A stretch of DNA of 64,000 bases from Amoebidium appalachense (lineage: Eukaryota; Protista; Ichthyosporea). The notes under the pieces were generated by a model. It had not been told where the DNA came from. It was given only the letters and a program-made list of their open reading frames with translations, and searched no databases. Positions 14,690 through 28,215 of this stretch are shown here, piece by piece. The stretch is from the NCBI GenBank assembly GCA_963693365.1, contig CAVNZM010000004.1, positions 12,056,468 to 12,120,467 on the forward strand, read 5' to 3'. Position 1 is the first letter of the stretch; each line of letters begins with the position of its first letter. Position numbers and translations under genes: made by a program.

Positions 14690-14720
<31 letters not shown>

Positions 14721-14729
14721 TACACACAC

Positions 14730-14803
14730 ACAAACACAGAGTGACAAACGAGCACAAATCCAGATGTACACACCGACATATGAACACATTTTTGCACAGC
14801 CCG

Positions 14804-14846
<43 letters not shown>

Positions 14847-14936
14847 AAAAAAGAAAAAAAGAAGAAAAAAAAACAGAAAAAAAAAAACCTCACCGTCCAT
14901 AAAGAGGACCCAATGGACAGGGGGGAAAACGGGAAA

Positions 14937-14978
<42 letters not shown>

Positions 14979-15006
14979 TACCCACACACACCGTGTACCG
15001 TCACAC

Positions 15007-15048
<42 letters not shown>

Positions 15049-15250
15049 TGTGATACACACACCGTCCACGCACACACACACACACCAAGTGACAAACGAC
15101 AGACATATGCACACATTCCCCAACTTGCCCCACTGTGACAAAAAAATACCCCCGCAGCCCAAAAAAAGGACACACAGGCCAGGAGGGAGGGGGAGGGGGG
15201 GGGGAGGGGGGGGCCGGGCCACACACACCTTGCACCGTGACCCGGCCGCA

Positions 15251-15291
<41 letters not shown>

Positions 15292-15475
15292 ACGCACGCA
15301 CGCACACACACACACACACACACACACGCCGCGCGCGCGCGCGCGCCGCGCGCACATTGTGATACACATACGTGAACACACACACACACACCACACACAT
15401 ACACACGCAAACACACACAGTGACAAACGAACACAAAAACCAAATGTACACACAGATATATGCACACATTTTCGA
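14730..15475. repeat. Three diverged copies of a 40-60 bp core spaced about 340 bp apart
   Basis: agtgacaaacga...gacatatg-acacatt recurs at about 14740, 15088 and 15420, separated by CA/poly-C/poly-G filler. Confidence 0.75.
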
Positions 15476-15719
15476 ACTGTCAGAAAGGCCTTATTAGAGC
15501 CGGGGAGTCCCTGTCCGGCCACCATGGGCCCATTAATGTAAACTGTCCAGGCAAGGAACAAAAGATCTCCATGTTTCCAACCCCCCCCCCCCCCCCCCCC
15601 CCCCCCTTCCCCCTCTCCCTCCCCCCCCCCTTCCCCGTCCCCCCAACCCCCTCCCCTCCTCCCCCTATGTAGTACGGTCAGGCACCATTACCTTTATCCG
15701 TCCCCCCCCCCCCCCAACC

Positions 15720-16044
15720 CACCCTCTGGGGCCCTGCCGGTTCCAAGACTGCAGGGTTTCAAGCAGGCGGTTCCCGTCTTTGAACAAACTTCGCACACAC
15801 GCCTAAGACCAGAGCAACCGGATTCTCTTTAATTACATCTGACAACGAGTCAACGAATCTGCTGCTTCGATTACACGCAAATTGCACATCAGATTTGGAG
15901 TCTAGTTAGGTGCAATAATCCCATTAGTAAGAGCTAGTTAGGAATATGTACAATTATATAGTGAAGGAGAGAAAAAGACTACGGTACGTGCGTGTTTTGT
16001 GTGTGTATGCGCATGCGCGCGCACATGTGTTGTGTGTGTGTGTA

Positions 16045-16090
<46 letters not shown>
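15720..16090 (-). repeat. Dispersed repeat, copy 2 (homologous to 1091-1480)
   Basis: Reverse complement aligns by eye to 1091-1480 over about 370 bp, with substitutions and small indels. Confidence 0.85.
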
Positions 16091-16696
16091 ACACACACAC
16101 ACCCCACCACAAACCAAAAAAAAGAAAAAAAAGAAGCATCATCACAACCTGCCACAACAACCATACATTCCTAAGGCATCCACTCAGCCCTTGCAAAAAT
16201 CCCTACATCTGTTTGAATGGCTATTACCATATGCACAACCAGACGTGTAAAACCGATTGCTACGTTTTGATCCTTTCTTTCACCAAATACTTGAGGCAGA
16301 TATCACTACATCGCTTCGTTTTCTTCCTCCCCAGCCCCACCAACACCACCCACCGCCAGCAAAAAAAATCCAAAAAACAAACAGGAAAAAAAAAAAAAAA
16401 AAAAAAAAAAAAACCCTATGTGCAGAGCTATATAATACACAGCTCACAGCCTCCTTGTACATAGCATCTAGTCACTTCATACCGTGTGACATCGCGATAA
16501 GGCACAAACACTTACACTTATCTCACACAACTCCGCACTCTATCTCCCTCGCCCTCCACCCCCCCCCCCCCCTCCCCCCCGCCGGGCCCCCCCTCCCCCC
16601 TGCGCCCTCTCCCCCCTCCCCCCCACCCTTCCCCCCCCCCCCCCCCCCTCCCCCTGCTGATGTTAGCATGGAACGCTGCTGCTCCCCTTCTCCGTC

Positions 16697-18434
16697 TCAT
16701 CCGTCACGCTCACCTCTGGCACCAACCGACCAATCGGACTTGCTGTCTTCCCGTTGCGCTGGGAGGCAGGGGGCATCATGATCACACCCCCCCAGTCCAT
16801 ACTCTGGCTCGACACAGACCCCCCCCCCATCTTCATCTTCGGGAATCGGAACTACCGGCTGCCTACCCAATGAGATCCGGCCCGGAAGCAGATTGTAGGT
16901 GCTCAGTTTCCTGCAATCGACGACAAACACATCCGATTGGCTCAGTGGGCGTGAGATTTCAGCACTCTCCTGAGGCTCATCTTCATAGGTCAAAACTGGT
17001 CCGGTTAGGTCGTAATCAAAAAGCGATCCCTCTGCGAACGAAGAACCGACACCGGTCAGGGAGGAATAGCGCCGTATGCTGCCAGAATCGGTGGTGCGGG
17101 AGGTGGATGTGTTGCTCGTTCTATGCCGAAGTTCCGACCGGGGGACAACGGAGATTATCTTCACAAATTGCGCATTCCAGACTATCTCGTCCGCCACATA
17201 GGAATATTTTGCCTGCAGATTCTGGGATACGGCCTCGTCTATCCCGTCCAGAACGGCAATCACTTCTGCCCTCATGGTCACTAGCTCCTGCAGAGTGTGC
17301 ATGTTACTTAGGTTGGGGGGGGGGGGGGGGGGGGGGGGGGAGGAGGAGAGGCGAGGGGAGGAGGGGGCAAGGGGGGGAAGGGGGATAGAAGGGAAGAGTT
17401 GCAGGGCCTCCCGTGTAAGCGCCCAGACAGGGATGTGTGTGGGTGTGGAGGTGTGTGTGCACGTGTGCATAAGAAAATGCCCCTGCACATTATAGAAAAA
17501 GGGAAGAGGTGGATGGACCATGTGGTGGTGGTGGTGGTGGTGGTGGGGGGGGGGGGGGGGGGAGGGGGGACAGATAATGAATTATAGAAGAAGGGAAGTG
17601 TTGAAAAAGACTCTGGGAGAGCAAGGGCGGGGGCACGGGGGGAGGGGGGGGGGGATGCAGACAGAGAAAGACTCGGAAAGAGGGGGGCCAAGAGGAGGGA
17701 CGGGGGGAAAGGGGGAGTGGGGGGGGGGGGGGGGGGGGGGGGGGAGGCAACCGTCCCAGAGGTTCTCAGACAGAGGCTGTAGGGGGGGAGGGGGGGGGGG
17801 GAACGCGTGAATATGGGAGTGTCAAGGGAAATGGATGGGCAGGGTAGAGGATGGCAAGGGAAAAAGAGGAATGGCTTGCAGGTGGTGAGGGAGCGATAGG
17901 AAGAGGCAGGGCAGCAGGGAGTGGAGAGGGGGGGGGGGGGGGGGGGGGGGGGGCAGGATGCCATATGGAGGGAGGGACACCTAGTGGCTAGGGGGGGGGG
18001 GGGGGGTTGGCGCGCAAACAAGCACTCGCTTAAAAAATTAGAACGGATAGATAGAGGCCAGACAACGAAGCCGGGAACAGAATTTAAAGGGCATGGATAG
18101 ATGGAGGACCCCTTCGGGGGGGGGGGGGGGGGGGGAGGGGGGGAGGGGGGATCATGAAGCACCAGAAACGTAGAATTGAAAAAAGCAAGTCAAAGAAGAA
18201 GAAGAAGAAGGGCAAAGGGAGCGATGGCATAATTATATACAGCCCAGGCAGAGAGGTGGAGCCGAATGCAGGGGGAGGGTGAAGTGGATGATCATGAACA
18301 GTAACACTCAGGAATCCGACGGAAAGAAAATGAGCCATGCAGGAGAAGGGGGGAGGGTGGGGGGGGGGTGGGGGGGGGGGGGGGAGGGTGGGGGAGGAGG
18401 TGCAGACGAATAAGGAAAGGGGAAGAGAGGTTTT

Positions 18435-18485
<51 letters not shown>

Positions 18486-20031
18486 TTGTACATGTTTATA
18501 CAGGAGGGCTTAGGTAAAGCTGAACCGGATGCGCAGAAGACGGCAAACACAAAAACACGTCAGGGGTGGGAGGGAATGGGACGTACGAAGTAGAATGGAA
18601 GCATAGCTAAAGCATAAGCGGTGAATCACCGAGAATCAAAGTAGAAAGGAGACAGATAAAAACTTCTTAAGGCAGCGTCCGGGGGAGGGGAGGGGGGGGA
18701 GGGGGGAGGGGAAGGGAGAGGATAGAGGTGAAGGGGGAGAGGGAGGGAGGGAGGGAGGGAGGAAGGGACGGGGGGGGGAGGGGGGGGGGAGCTCGGTGGG
18801 TGGGTGGGTGGGTGGGTGATGGGTGGCTGAGTGGAGGGAGGGGGGAGGGGGAGGGGGGGGGGGGGGGGGGGAAGGAGAGTGAGAAAAGGGCTTTGGCGGG
18901 GTGCAAGAGAGGAAGTGAAGGGGGAGAGGGAGGGGGGGGGGGGGGGGGGGGGGAGGGGCTCTTACTTCCGGTGTTCGGTTATAGAAGGGTGAAGCAGCGT
19001 CGATTGGGTGAACAACCGTCCAGGGAAGGGCAAGAAAAGGAGAAGACATAATGGCGCTCCGAACACGCCCTACCTGGCGGTTTATCTCATAGTTGAGCTC
19101 CTGTATCACAACCTCCTCTGCCTCAAGCCCCCTGTTCTCCGTGTTCCCCCGTATGTGTGGCTTTCTCCTCCATGCAAACAGTAGGTGGAAGTTGGGGTCG
19201 CAGACGGCGGCCTTGCGCAGATTAACAAACCGAAAAACGAGACATGGTACTCCCCTTTGATACCGTCCGTGGCCATTAGTATCCGACGGTTCAAAGTGCT
19301 CGACCTCGTTCGTTATCACAGCCACTTTAGAAAACATGAAGTTGTTTTTGATCACGTTTGGCCGGGACGTCTTCCGGAAAACTATCCCGGCAAGAACGGC
19401 GTAACACACGAGCGCGCTCCACGCTTGCAGTACCATTGCAGAATTGGAACACCAACCCCCCGGGCTCAGAACACCATATCCGATAGTGTCCTGTGTCTGA
19501 ATGGACAACCACATGCCCTCCTCCAAAGTCGCCGTTTCACCTTCTGTCCCCTTTATATCCCCACACAAATAATATGCGAATCCATAAAACACAACGAGAC
19601 CTGTGTATGCAATAAAGGAGACAACCACTACCGCCCACCACCCCCGCATCAAGCAAGTGATGGTAAAAGTCCCCCACGACAACAAGTGCCAACCCATGGT
19701 TGACAATTGCTGTTTCCCCTTCGTTCCCATCATCGTGTCTTGGCACCAGTCTTGCGTAGGGGGTTGTAACAGGTGCTGCCTCTCCTGCATCCCCGAGAAA
19801 CAAGTGAGACACACTCCGCCTGATTCTTTGCCATCTGTTAGGAGTAGGAGGTATAAGTTGCCCACGGGCACCGAGGGATGTAGTTGAAAACGATGTTGGC
19901 CCTACGGTATACTGTGGACTAGCACCCAGAAACTTGGGCGATTGGCCAGGTCGGGTGCTTGTTGCCCCATAGTGAGGACTCCCGGTATACTTGGGGGACG
20001 GGGAGGTTCGTGGTGTGCGGGGTTGAGGCAT
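16697..20031 (-). CDS. Inward-rectifier potassium channel (Kir/KirBac family), 2 exons, one apparent frameshift
   Basis: Exon 20031-18966 (GAA|GTAAGA) and exon 17287-16697 (CAG|GAG). Motifs: DFYHHLLD slide helix, TM1, pore SIQTQDTIGYG, TM2 ...GIVFRKTSRP, FSKVAVI, PCLVFRFVNLR, PWTVVHPIDAASPFY, EVIAVLDGIDE, SYVADEIVW. One extra base in the G5 run at 19641-19645 separates the two reading frames. Confidence 0.93.
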
Positions 20032-20246
20032 GTATTAGTTTCTTCTAGTGTGTGGCTGTAGTATTGATTCTTTAGAGGTGTGTGGGCGTGGTAATTTGTT
20101 TTGCATAAATAGACTGGACTCGGAGTTGATGGGAGGCCTGAAAATAATTGAATGGATGAACCACTAGGTAGGTCCAAGGTGCAGGGACCAAGGGGTTCTC
20201 TTGAAAAACCAAAAATCAAAAAAATGGGTGGTGGTAGGAATTGTAT

Positions 20247-20280
20247 ACTAATCTTGATGGACCACTAATCTTGATGGACC
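20247..20280. repeat. Perfect 17-bp direct tandem duplication
   Basis: actaatcttgatggacc x2, in the divergent intergenic region between the Kir and GST genes. Confidence 0.9.
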
Positions 20281-21322
20281 AGTTAGTTTTTGTGATGAAC
20301 TCTACTCTTTCAACTGAGTGTCTTCTGAACTGTGAAGAGTCTGGCTGAACGCGTCGGCGCCAGAAGTTCAAGGCCGCGCATCATGCATGCTGCGCAAACA
20401 GATTGCGCAAACCGAAAAGTTCCAGATGGTGTGAAACCCCGTAAACTTTGAAATATGGGGGACAAACACTCAGCCTGAGGCCACTGAGCCGTTTTCTTAA
20501 ACTTTTCTTTTCACTTTTTCTTTTGACTAAGGGTTAAGCCTCTGAGGCCCTAGAGACTAGGAAAGAAAAGAACGTTACAGCTGAATTTATAGAAGGTATC
20601 TGGTCCAAGGAATTTCCATGCAACATTGATGGCTACCTTACAGTCCTATGCTCTCAGCCTTTTCTTATGAGTCCATCTTTTCTACACACGCCCCACAGTA
20701 GAGTGTAAGGGGATTTTGGTGGTGCTCTCTTGGCTAATCATAACGCAGAAGTTTTTGCATTAGGCAGATGAATGGGTTTCAGTCATGCAAGTAATACGAC
20801 GCTCGTGAGCCACGTAAGGCCGGCACATTTCAAAAGAAGATTCCAGGTAGTGATTGGACTAACCAGTTATAGAATGTTCTACGCAGCCTCAGGTGATGTT
20901 GACAAACTTTAGGCCTGTGGGCTTTCAGGTTCTGGTAGGCACTATATAGTATTAGTGCAGGTGTATCCTGATAAATTACATTTTCGAATTATATGACTTT
21001 ATTATAGACAATATTTTGTTTATCTTCCCCTGCTTGTTCTGATCAGAAATCACCCACATTTTGACACTTGACATGCAAAGGTCTGTATATAGATCTCTTC
21101 CGTATTATTGGTTGAAAATCACAGCCTTTTACAGATCATTTCCTTTTGAAGGTTGTTCGACGAAATTCTGTGAAGCTCCAGCCTTGAAACTGTGACAACA
21201 CAGAAGAAAAAAATCCAAGGACCCCACGACGTCCACGTCAAAATATCCAGTTTCCCTGTGGTTCTGTTTCAGAAACTTTCCCAATCCTCTTTAGCAAAGT
21301 TCTAGGAAGCTGCAGGACGAAA

Positions 21323-22100
21323 ATGGCCCAGCCAGTTTTGTACGGCACCAAGCTCTGCCCCTATGTCGTCCGCACCCGTCTCGTGCTTGCAGCAAACGGG
21401 GTGAATTATGCGTTCAAGCAAATTGACTTGCTGAACAAGCCAAAGGGGTAAGTATTTTTGCTGGTTTTCCTCTCGATTTTAATAATGAACGAAATGATGA
21501 TGCTATTCGTGCATTCAAGGCATGTCGTTATTCAGTTGGTTCTTCAAGCCGGGGAAGGCCTCCCTAATCCAACGGAGGGAAAGTAGAGCAACGTTGGCCT
21601 GTAGCTATTGCTAGCTGGGCTTTTGGCTGTCAAAAAGTTCTGTGGAATTGCATTGGAGAAAAATCACCACTACATGAAATACTCATCACGATTTTCCAGT
21701 CTCTCTGTATCCCTTCATTGAGCTTTTGATTTCTTTCTTTGTACCGGTAGCCCTTCTTCTAACTTCCCAACATTCCGTTTCCCGTACAGGTTCCAGCCCG
21801 AAATCTCCCCTTACGGCAAGGTTCCTGTTCTTGACGACGCAGGGAAGATCATTTATGAGAGCGCAGCAATCAACCAGTATGTCGACGACAAGTGGGGCCA
21901 CGGCAAGCTGATGGGGTATGTACCGTTTGTGTCGAGGTTTTTGTTGTAATATGCAGTGCTAAAGTGTAGATGGTTCGGTTGTGTCCAAGCCTCAGGAACA
22001 ATGAGGTTGAGTGGTTGTGGAGAAGACCGGCTGGGTGTTTTGCTGTGCGGGTGTGTGTCTGTGTGTTGGTGGTGGTGTTGGTGGGTATGGGTGTGTGTGT

Positions 22101-22168
<68 letters not shown>

Positions 22169-22244
22169 ATAGTGGGGTAGCGGGGAGGGTGCATTGGGGG
22201 CCCAGGGGGAAGGGGGGGGGGGGGGGGGGGGGGAGGGGGGAGGG

Positions 22245-22280
<36 letters not shown>

Positions 22281-23172
22281 GGGAGGGAGGGATGTCACGG
22301 CAGAAACGGATTTGAAAAGGGTGGCCGGCTAGTTAGGAGGTAGACTAAGACTTGGGGAGAAGGGTCAGGGGAGGGAGTGGTTGAGCTGACGGTGATAGAT
22401 GCCGGACGTGACCGTGAGATTTGGAAAATGTAGCTTTTGCTCGGATTACAGTGAAGGGGCAAGATGGCAAACACAGGGATGGTCAAGTTGGCAAACACAG
22501 GGATGGTCAAGTTGGCTACAACCAATATGCTTACATCATGCTTTGCCAAAACAGGGGTGACGCCTATCAGCGTGCGCTGCACCGTGTGTGGACGCACTGG
22601 TGCAACCGCTACTTCAGCACATCCATCTACCACCTACTTTTCGAGCAGGACAAGTCCAAGTTCCCTGCCCTCACCAAAGAGCTGCAGGACACCCTTGCCT
22701 TCCTTGATGCCCGCATTCCCAAGCTGCAGCAGCAAGGAGGCTGCGGTGAGCTCCCCATTTTATCGTCATTTTCTCTCTCTCGACTTTCCTTGCTTATCCC
22801 CCCCCCCCCCCCCCCCCCCCCCCCGTCTCCCCCCCCCCCCCCCCCCCCCCCCGGCGCCTCCTTCCCAGGCATCCCCACCGAGTCCTTCCATTCCCAATAG
22901 CGCTATTAGAAACATGATTCCTTTCCTACCCCCGTCCCCCCCCCCCCCCCCCTCCCCTTCTTCCCCCCCCCCCCCCCCCCCCCTTCCTCTCCCCCCCCCC
23001 CCCCCCCCCCCCACACACACACATCCCCCCCCCCCCCCCCCCCCCCCACTCCCCTCGCCACCTTCCTCACCCCGTCCACATCTGTTTCTCTCCTCTCCCC
23101 CCCCCCCCCCCCCCCGCCCCTCTCCCTTCTCTCCCTCCCCCCTCTCTCTCTTCCCCCCCCCCCCCCCCCCCC

Positions 23173-23245
<73 letters not shown>

Positions 23246-24956
23246 TTTAACCCCTACCCCACCCCGTACCCACCTCTGGAGATTAGCAGGCACAACGGCA
23301 CACAGTTTAGAAATTCCCTCATTCACGTTCACTTCTGTACCATCTGAGCCCTTTCTTTCTTTCTTTCATACCTTTCTCGTTGAGCTTTCCCTTCTCTTTT
23401 ACTCCTCCCCCTCTCCCCCTCTCCCCCTCTCCCCTCCTGCTGCCCCATACCTCCCCACCTTTTAGTTCCGACTCTGAGCTGCGGCCTATTCTTATGATTG
23501 TATTTAAATATGATATCAGTCCTTGGGGGTGCTTTTACATCAGCATACCGAAGAACGAAACACCATACCTACCTCCATCCCCGCCCCTCCTCTTCCCCCC
23601 ATCCCCCCCCTCCCCTCCAATCACCCCTTCTCAATAAAAAGAGATACAAAATTACCAAATGAATATCCTCTCCCCCGTGCTCCCGGCCCCACCCCGCGCT
23701 CCAACCCCTAAACTTCCCCATGGGCACCCACCCAGATTCGATGCCTCCCATAATAATGGTACCTCTTTGTCGCTCGATTGAAAACTCCACTTTCTCCCTC
23801 CTATTTCTGAGGCGCACAAGCAATACATAGCTTCCCCCTCCGCACCCCCCTCCTTTTCCCCCCCACCCCCACCCCCTCTCCTGCTGCTCATAAGTGCACC
23901 CGCACATGCACATATCACCCACTGACCTGCGCTCTGCCACCCAACCAGGCCCCTTCCTGCTGGGCACCAAGGATCCTGCCTTCAGTGACGTCATGCTTGC
24001 CCCCTTCTTCCACCGCCTACAGGTTATTGAGGCCCTGCGGGGGCCAAAGGCCCCGTCGGCAACCAACCATCCTAACGTGGCCAAACTGATTAGCAACATC
24101 GATGGCGTAAGAAATTCCCCTTCCCTTCCCCCCCCCCCCCCCCCCCCCGGGGCCCCCGCCCCCGCACCTTTCCACATTTTGGCAATACCCCCCCTCCCCT
24201 CCCCCCCCCCTGCCCTTCTCCTCGCCGCCATCTGCCCAATCCCCCCCCCCCGCCCCTCCCCCCTTCCCCCCCTCCTCCCGCCCTCTAACCCCCCTTTTGT
24301 TCCGTCACCCAAAACACTCTTGATTCATCCAGCTCTCCTTCCCCCCCCCCCCCCCCCCCCCCCCCCCTTTCCCCCGCCCCTCCCCCTCCAGCTGCCCCCC
24401 CTCTCCCCCCCCCGTCAGCGTGGTACGGTCACCTCTGCCCGTCCATTCCTTCGTGTGTTTGGTATACATGGATTCGAATTTCCATGGCTTTCTTGCTACT
24501 GGCCTCTTTCACCCGGTTGTTTGCTTTTTCCGGCCTAAACTACCTATTCTGCATATACCCCCCCCCCCTCCCCCCCCCCCCCCGGCCCTTCCCCGCCCTT
24601 CCCCCACCCATCTCCTGCATAAAAAAGACATCCTTCTAAAAATGGAGCTTGTTATGATTTCGCGCATGCACGTCTGTGCTTTATATTGCATCCCTACCTG
24701 CTCTCTCTCCGCTCTTCACCCTCCCCTCCCCCCACCCCCCTTCCCCCCCCCCCCCCCCCCCCCCAACCCCCCGGCCCCCGCCCGCCCGCCCGCCCGCCTG
24801 CCCGCCCATCCCCCATTCCACCAAAACATCACTTCTTCCTCATTGCCTGCGTGGTGCATTGCAGCTACATTACTGGGGTGGATCCCTCAACACATGCACA
24901 CACACACACACCCACACACCCACCCACACACACACCCACACACACACACACACACG

Positions 24957-25007
<51 letters not shown>

Positions 25008-25306
25008 ACCCTCATCCTCCTCGAACGTCCCCCCCCCCCTTCTTCCCAAGTCTCTCCCCCCCCCCCCCCCCTTCCCCCCCCACCGCTCCCCTTCCCTCTT
25101 CTTTCTTGTCGGGCTGTTTGTCCAATGGTGCTTTCTATATGTGTCGATGCATGTGTGCCCTAAAAACTAACGGACAACAACTACAGGTGCTTCTGAACAA
25201 TGCTGCATACAAGGACATCCCCATGAGGAAGGAGGAGCTGGTACCAGGGTATGAGCCATTTGCCACCGGCAAGGTTAAGCTGGACCCCAACACCTGGTCA
25301 TACTGA
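21323..25306 (+). CDS. Glutathione S-transferase, cysteine-type (omega-like), 5 exons
   Basis: Exons 21323-21447, 21790-21915, 22555-22745, 23949-24106 and 25187-25306, all GT-AG and in phase. Motifs: LCPYVVRTRL active site, SPYGKVPVL, YESAAINQYVD, GPFLLG...FSDVMLAPFFHR. Confidence 0.95.
22460..22516. repeat. 24-bp tandem repeat (about 2.4 copies) near the 3' end of GST intron 2
   Basis: Unit caag(a/t)tggcaaacacagggatggt. Confidence 0.9.
23175..23240. repeat. (TA)n microsatellite
   Basis: Directly visible, within GST intron 3. Confidence 0.95.
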
Positions 25307-26216
25307 TTCGCAATTGCCACTTTGCATGCACTGTGTGCCAGTCTATAGAGACACAGAAACAGTGGCAACATGTGCTTACTATTAGTCTACATCTGGCTGA
25401 GCAAATGCTCTTCAAAAGCTGTTATCAGAAATATATGGATGGACCCCCAGTGTCCTTAATTACTCTTTGTGTACATGTAAGCGTAAGAAATGGATGCTGG
25501 GTGGTTTCATCAAGGCCTTCATAGATACTATTGTAATTTGCACATGTACCTATCATAAATGCCATTGTAATATGTGACATGTATGACACATCATAAATTA
25601 TCAGTCACTTCTAAAATTCAAATATAATTTATTGATACGTGACAATGTATATGCAGCATTTATTCCATAAGTTCATAATCACTCCTGTTGTATTTTAACA
25701 AATACTCTGCTGAGCCAAGTTGAACTTGGGCAATTACATATTAGCGAGCGTCGGTTTTCTGTCACTTTTTTCCGGGAAGAGGCAGGGGAGTTGGGGGGGG
25801 GGGTTTGCAGGAGGGTGGGCGGGGAAGGAGGGTGGGCGCGGAGCCCGGGGGGACTGTGTCTCTAGATCTGTTGTTGGGCTGGAAGGGGGGGGGGGAGGTA
25901 GTGACGGAGGGAGCTATTAGGGCCCGAGGAGAGGGGGCCGGGTTGGCCGGGGGCCGGGGAGGGAAAGGGGCCAGGGGGGCTCACTGGGAGCAACTAGGGG
26001 TTGGGGAGGTTGGAAGGGTTGGGCCCTGGGGGGGTTTAGGGGGGAGAGAGGTGTTACAGGGGTTCATCGTAGCTCAGTAGCGGTTCCGGAAGGGGGGGAG
26101 GGGAGGGAGGGGGGGGGGGGGGGAGGGAGAGAGAGAGAGAGAGAGAGAATAACCGGATCTGAGAGAGAGAGGGTGCCGCGGTGTGTGTGTACATGTGTGG
26201 TTGTTGAGGGGGGAGG

Positions 26217-26264
<48 letters not shown>

Positions 26265-27304
26265 GAGGGGGGGGGGGGGGGGGGGGGGGCGGTCGGACGC
26301 GTATACGGGGGCCACCCGGGATGGCCCGGCTGATGGCAAAGGCCCTAGCCTTCACTTCGCCGGTATGGCCAGATCTGCTCGGCCGAGCGCACTGAGCCAC
26401 GCATGCACCGAGAACTTGCATGAGGGGCTCACTGGCTCAGCTGAATGGTGGCTGGGGTACACACGTCTCGGACGTGCTTAGCTACCACCCTTTGCTGTCG
26501 AGGTGCAGTTACTTCACATCTACAACTTACCTTCAGTATACACTCTGGCCCACTCGAGGCCTTGTATTTATGCAAACAAACCGTACCAAACTCACAAGAC
26601 CGGCATGATTTCGGGGAAGGATCGACCAACGTTGACGATGTCCCACTTGCGGCCAGCCCCTTCCCTTGATGTGTGTTGCACATACCACAACTAGTTAATC
26701 ACAGGGCAGCCTTGTGAGCCTTGTGAAATCGTAATTTCGATTGGTAGATCATCATCGGCGAATGATGATATGCCAATGTGCTTATCTACAAATATACCAT
26801 ATATGTCCTTGTAGCAATATCGACCATTGGCCCGACCTTTTACCTTTACCTCCTAGAGTGGATCCTTGAAAACCAAAGGATAACACCCTAGAAATTTAGG
26901 ATAAACTGATTTATACCCTTCAACTTTCAGTTTATTCGAAGAAATATGGTAGAGTAGGTCACTGGGATACATTATAAACACATTTATATATGCCTAAAAT
27001 AACTCCAAATGAATAAGCATGTGAGTTAACTTATAGTGGGTCTCAGCTTACACAGATTACACTCATCATGATTATTGTGGATATCTCACGTAAATTCAAC
27101 ATTCCTGTTGGAATTGTTTGAGGTCTAAGAGGAATGCTGCTCTGCCCCTTCGGAGCAAGTCCAAGCGAGTCACAGTTGGTGAAGTGACGATAAATGAGCT
27201 CAATGGCTACGCCATATCGCTATCGCCCAGCCTCGGGCTAGACTCGCTGACCTACTAGTTTACTTTCATTTTTTTTGCCATTTCGGCAAGCTATCAACCT
27301 GAAA

Positions 27305-28182
27305 ATGTCGTTTACTCGCTGGCTCAGCGAGTTTCTCGAACGCCTTTTGTACTTTGTCCTTCAGCCCATCCTCATTCCAGTGGCCAAGGCATTTGAGCTT
27401 GCCTTTCATGGGGCGTTCCAGAACTTGAGCGAACCACTTTCCAATCTTATGGACACCAAGCACACAGTAGATGGAGATCACACAGACATTGCACGCATGC
27501 TTGTCCTTTCCAAGCACACCATAGTTCTTACAGGTGCTGGTGTGTCTCAAGAAAGCGGTGTGCCAACATTTAGAGACCCGGACGACGGTATTTGGGACAA
27601 ACATGACTCCAAGGAGTGTGCCACAATATGGGGATTCGACCGTGCTCCACAGAAACTGTGGCAGCTTTTGAGAAACTACTTCGATGCGTGTGACCCCCAG
27701 CCAAATGCAGCACACAGAGCCCTTGCAGAGCTAGAAGCCATGGGGCTTATTCAGTTGTTGGTTACGCAAAACGTGGATGGGTTGCACCAAACGGCAGGGA
27801 GCAAGCGAGTGGTGGAATATCACGGCAACCTGTCCAAGTCGCGCTGCAGAGGCTGTGGGAAGCACGGGCCCGACTGCAAAACTTTGCTGATGAAGACACG
27901 AGAGGTTAGTGTCAACCCTCCTCCCCCCTCAACCCCCCCCCCCCCCCCACCCAAAGTTAACCTAAAACTCCTAAAACTCCCCCAATACATGTGTTCTGCT
28001 TGTTGTTGTTCCTTATGTCCTAACAGTTCGTAACACGAACTACTCCCCCCCCTTTCCTAACTCCGTGTCTTTCTGCCCTTGCCTCCCTCATCCTTTTACA
28101 AAACCCTCAACTAGCCCATCCTTCTCTCTCGCCGTCTCTTACACACACCAACTCTTCGTGCTAATTACCTACGTGCAATAAG

Positions 28183-28215
<33 letters not shown>

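Noticed and set aside
15725-15838. Apparent extra Kir exon (DVIKENPVALVLGVCAKF...)
   Set aside because: It lies inside the dispersed repeat shared with 1091-1480, and its downstream phase depends on an unreliable G run.
24429-24445. 17-nt match (tcacctctgcccgtcca) to the last P450 exon
   Set aside because: An isolated match of this length is plausible by chance in 64 kb and there is no flanking similarity.
26060-26090. tRNA A-box-like gtagctcagt
   Set aside because: No cloverleaf or correctly spaced B-box; runs straight into G-rich low complexity.
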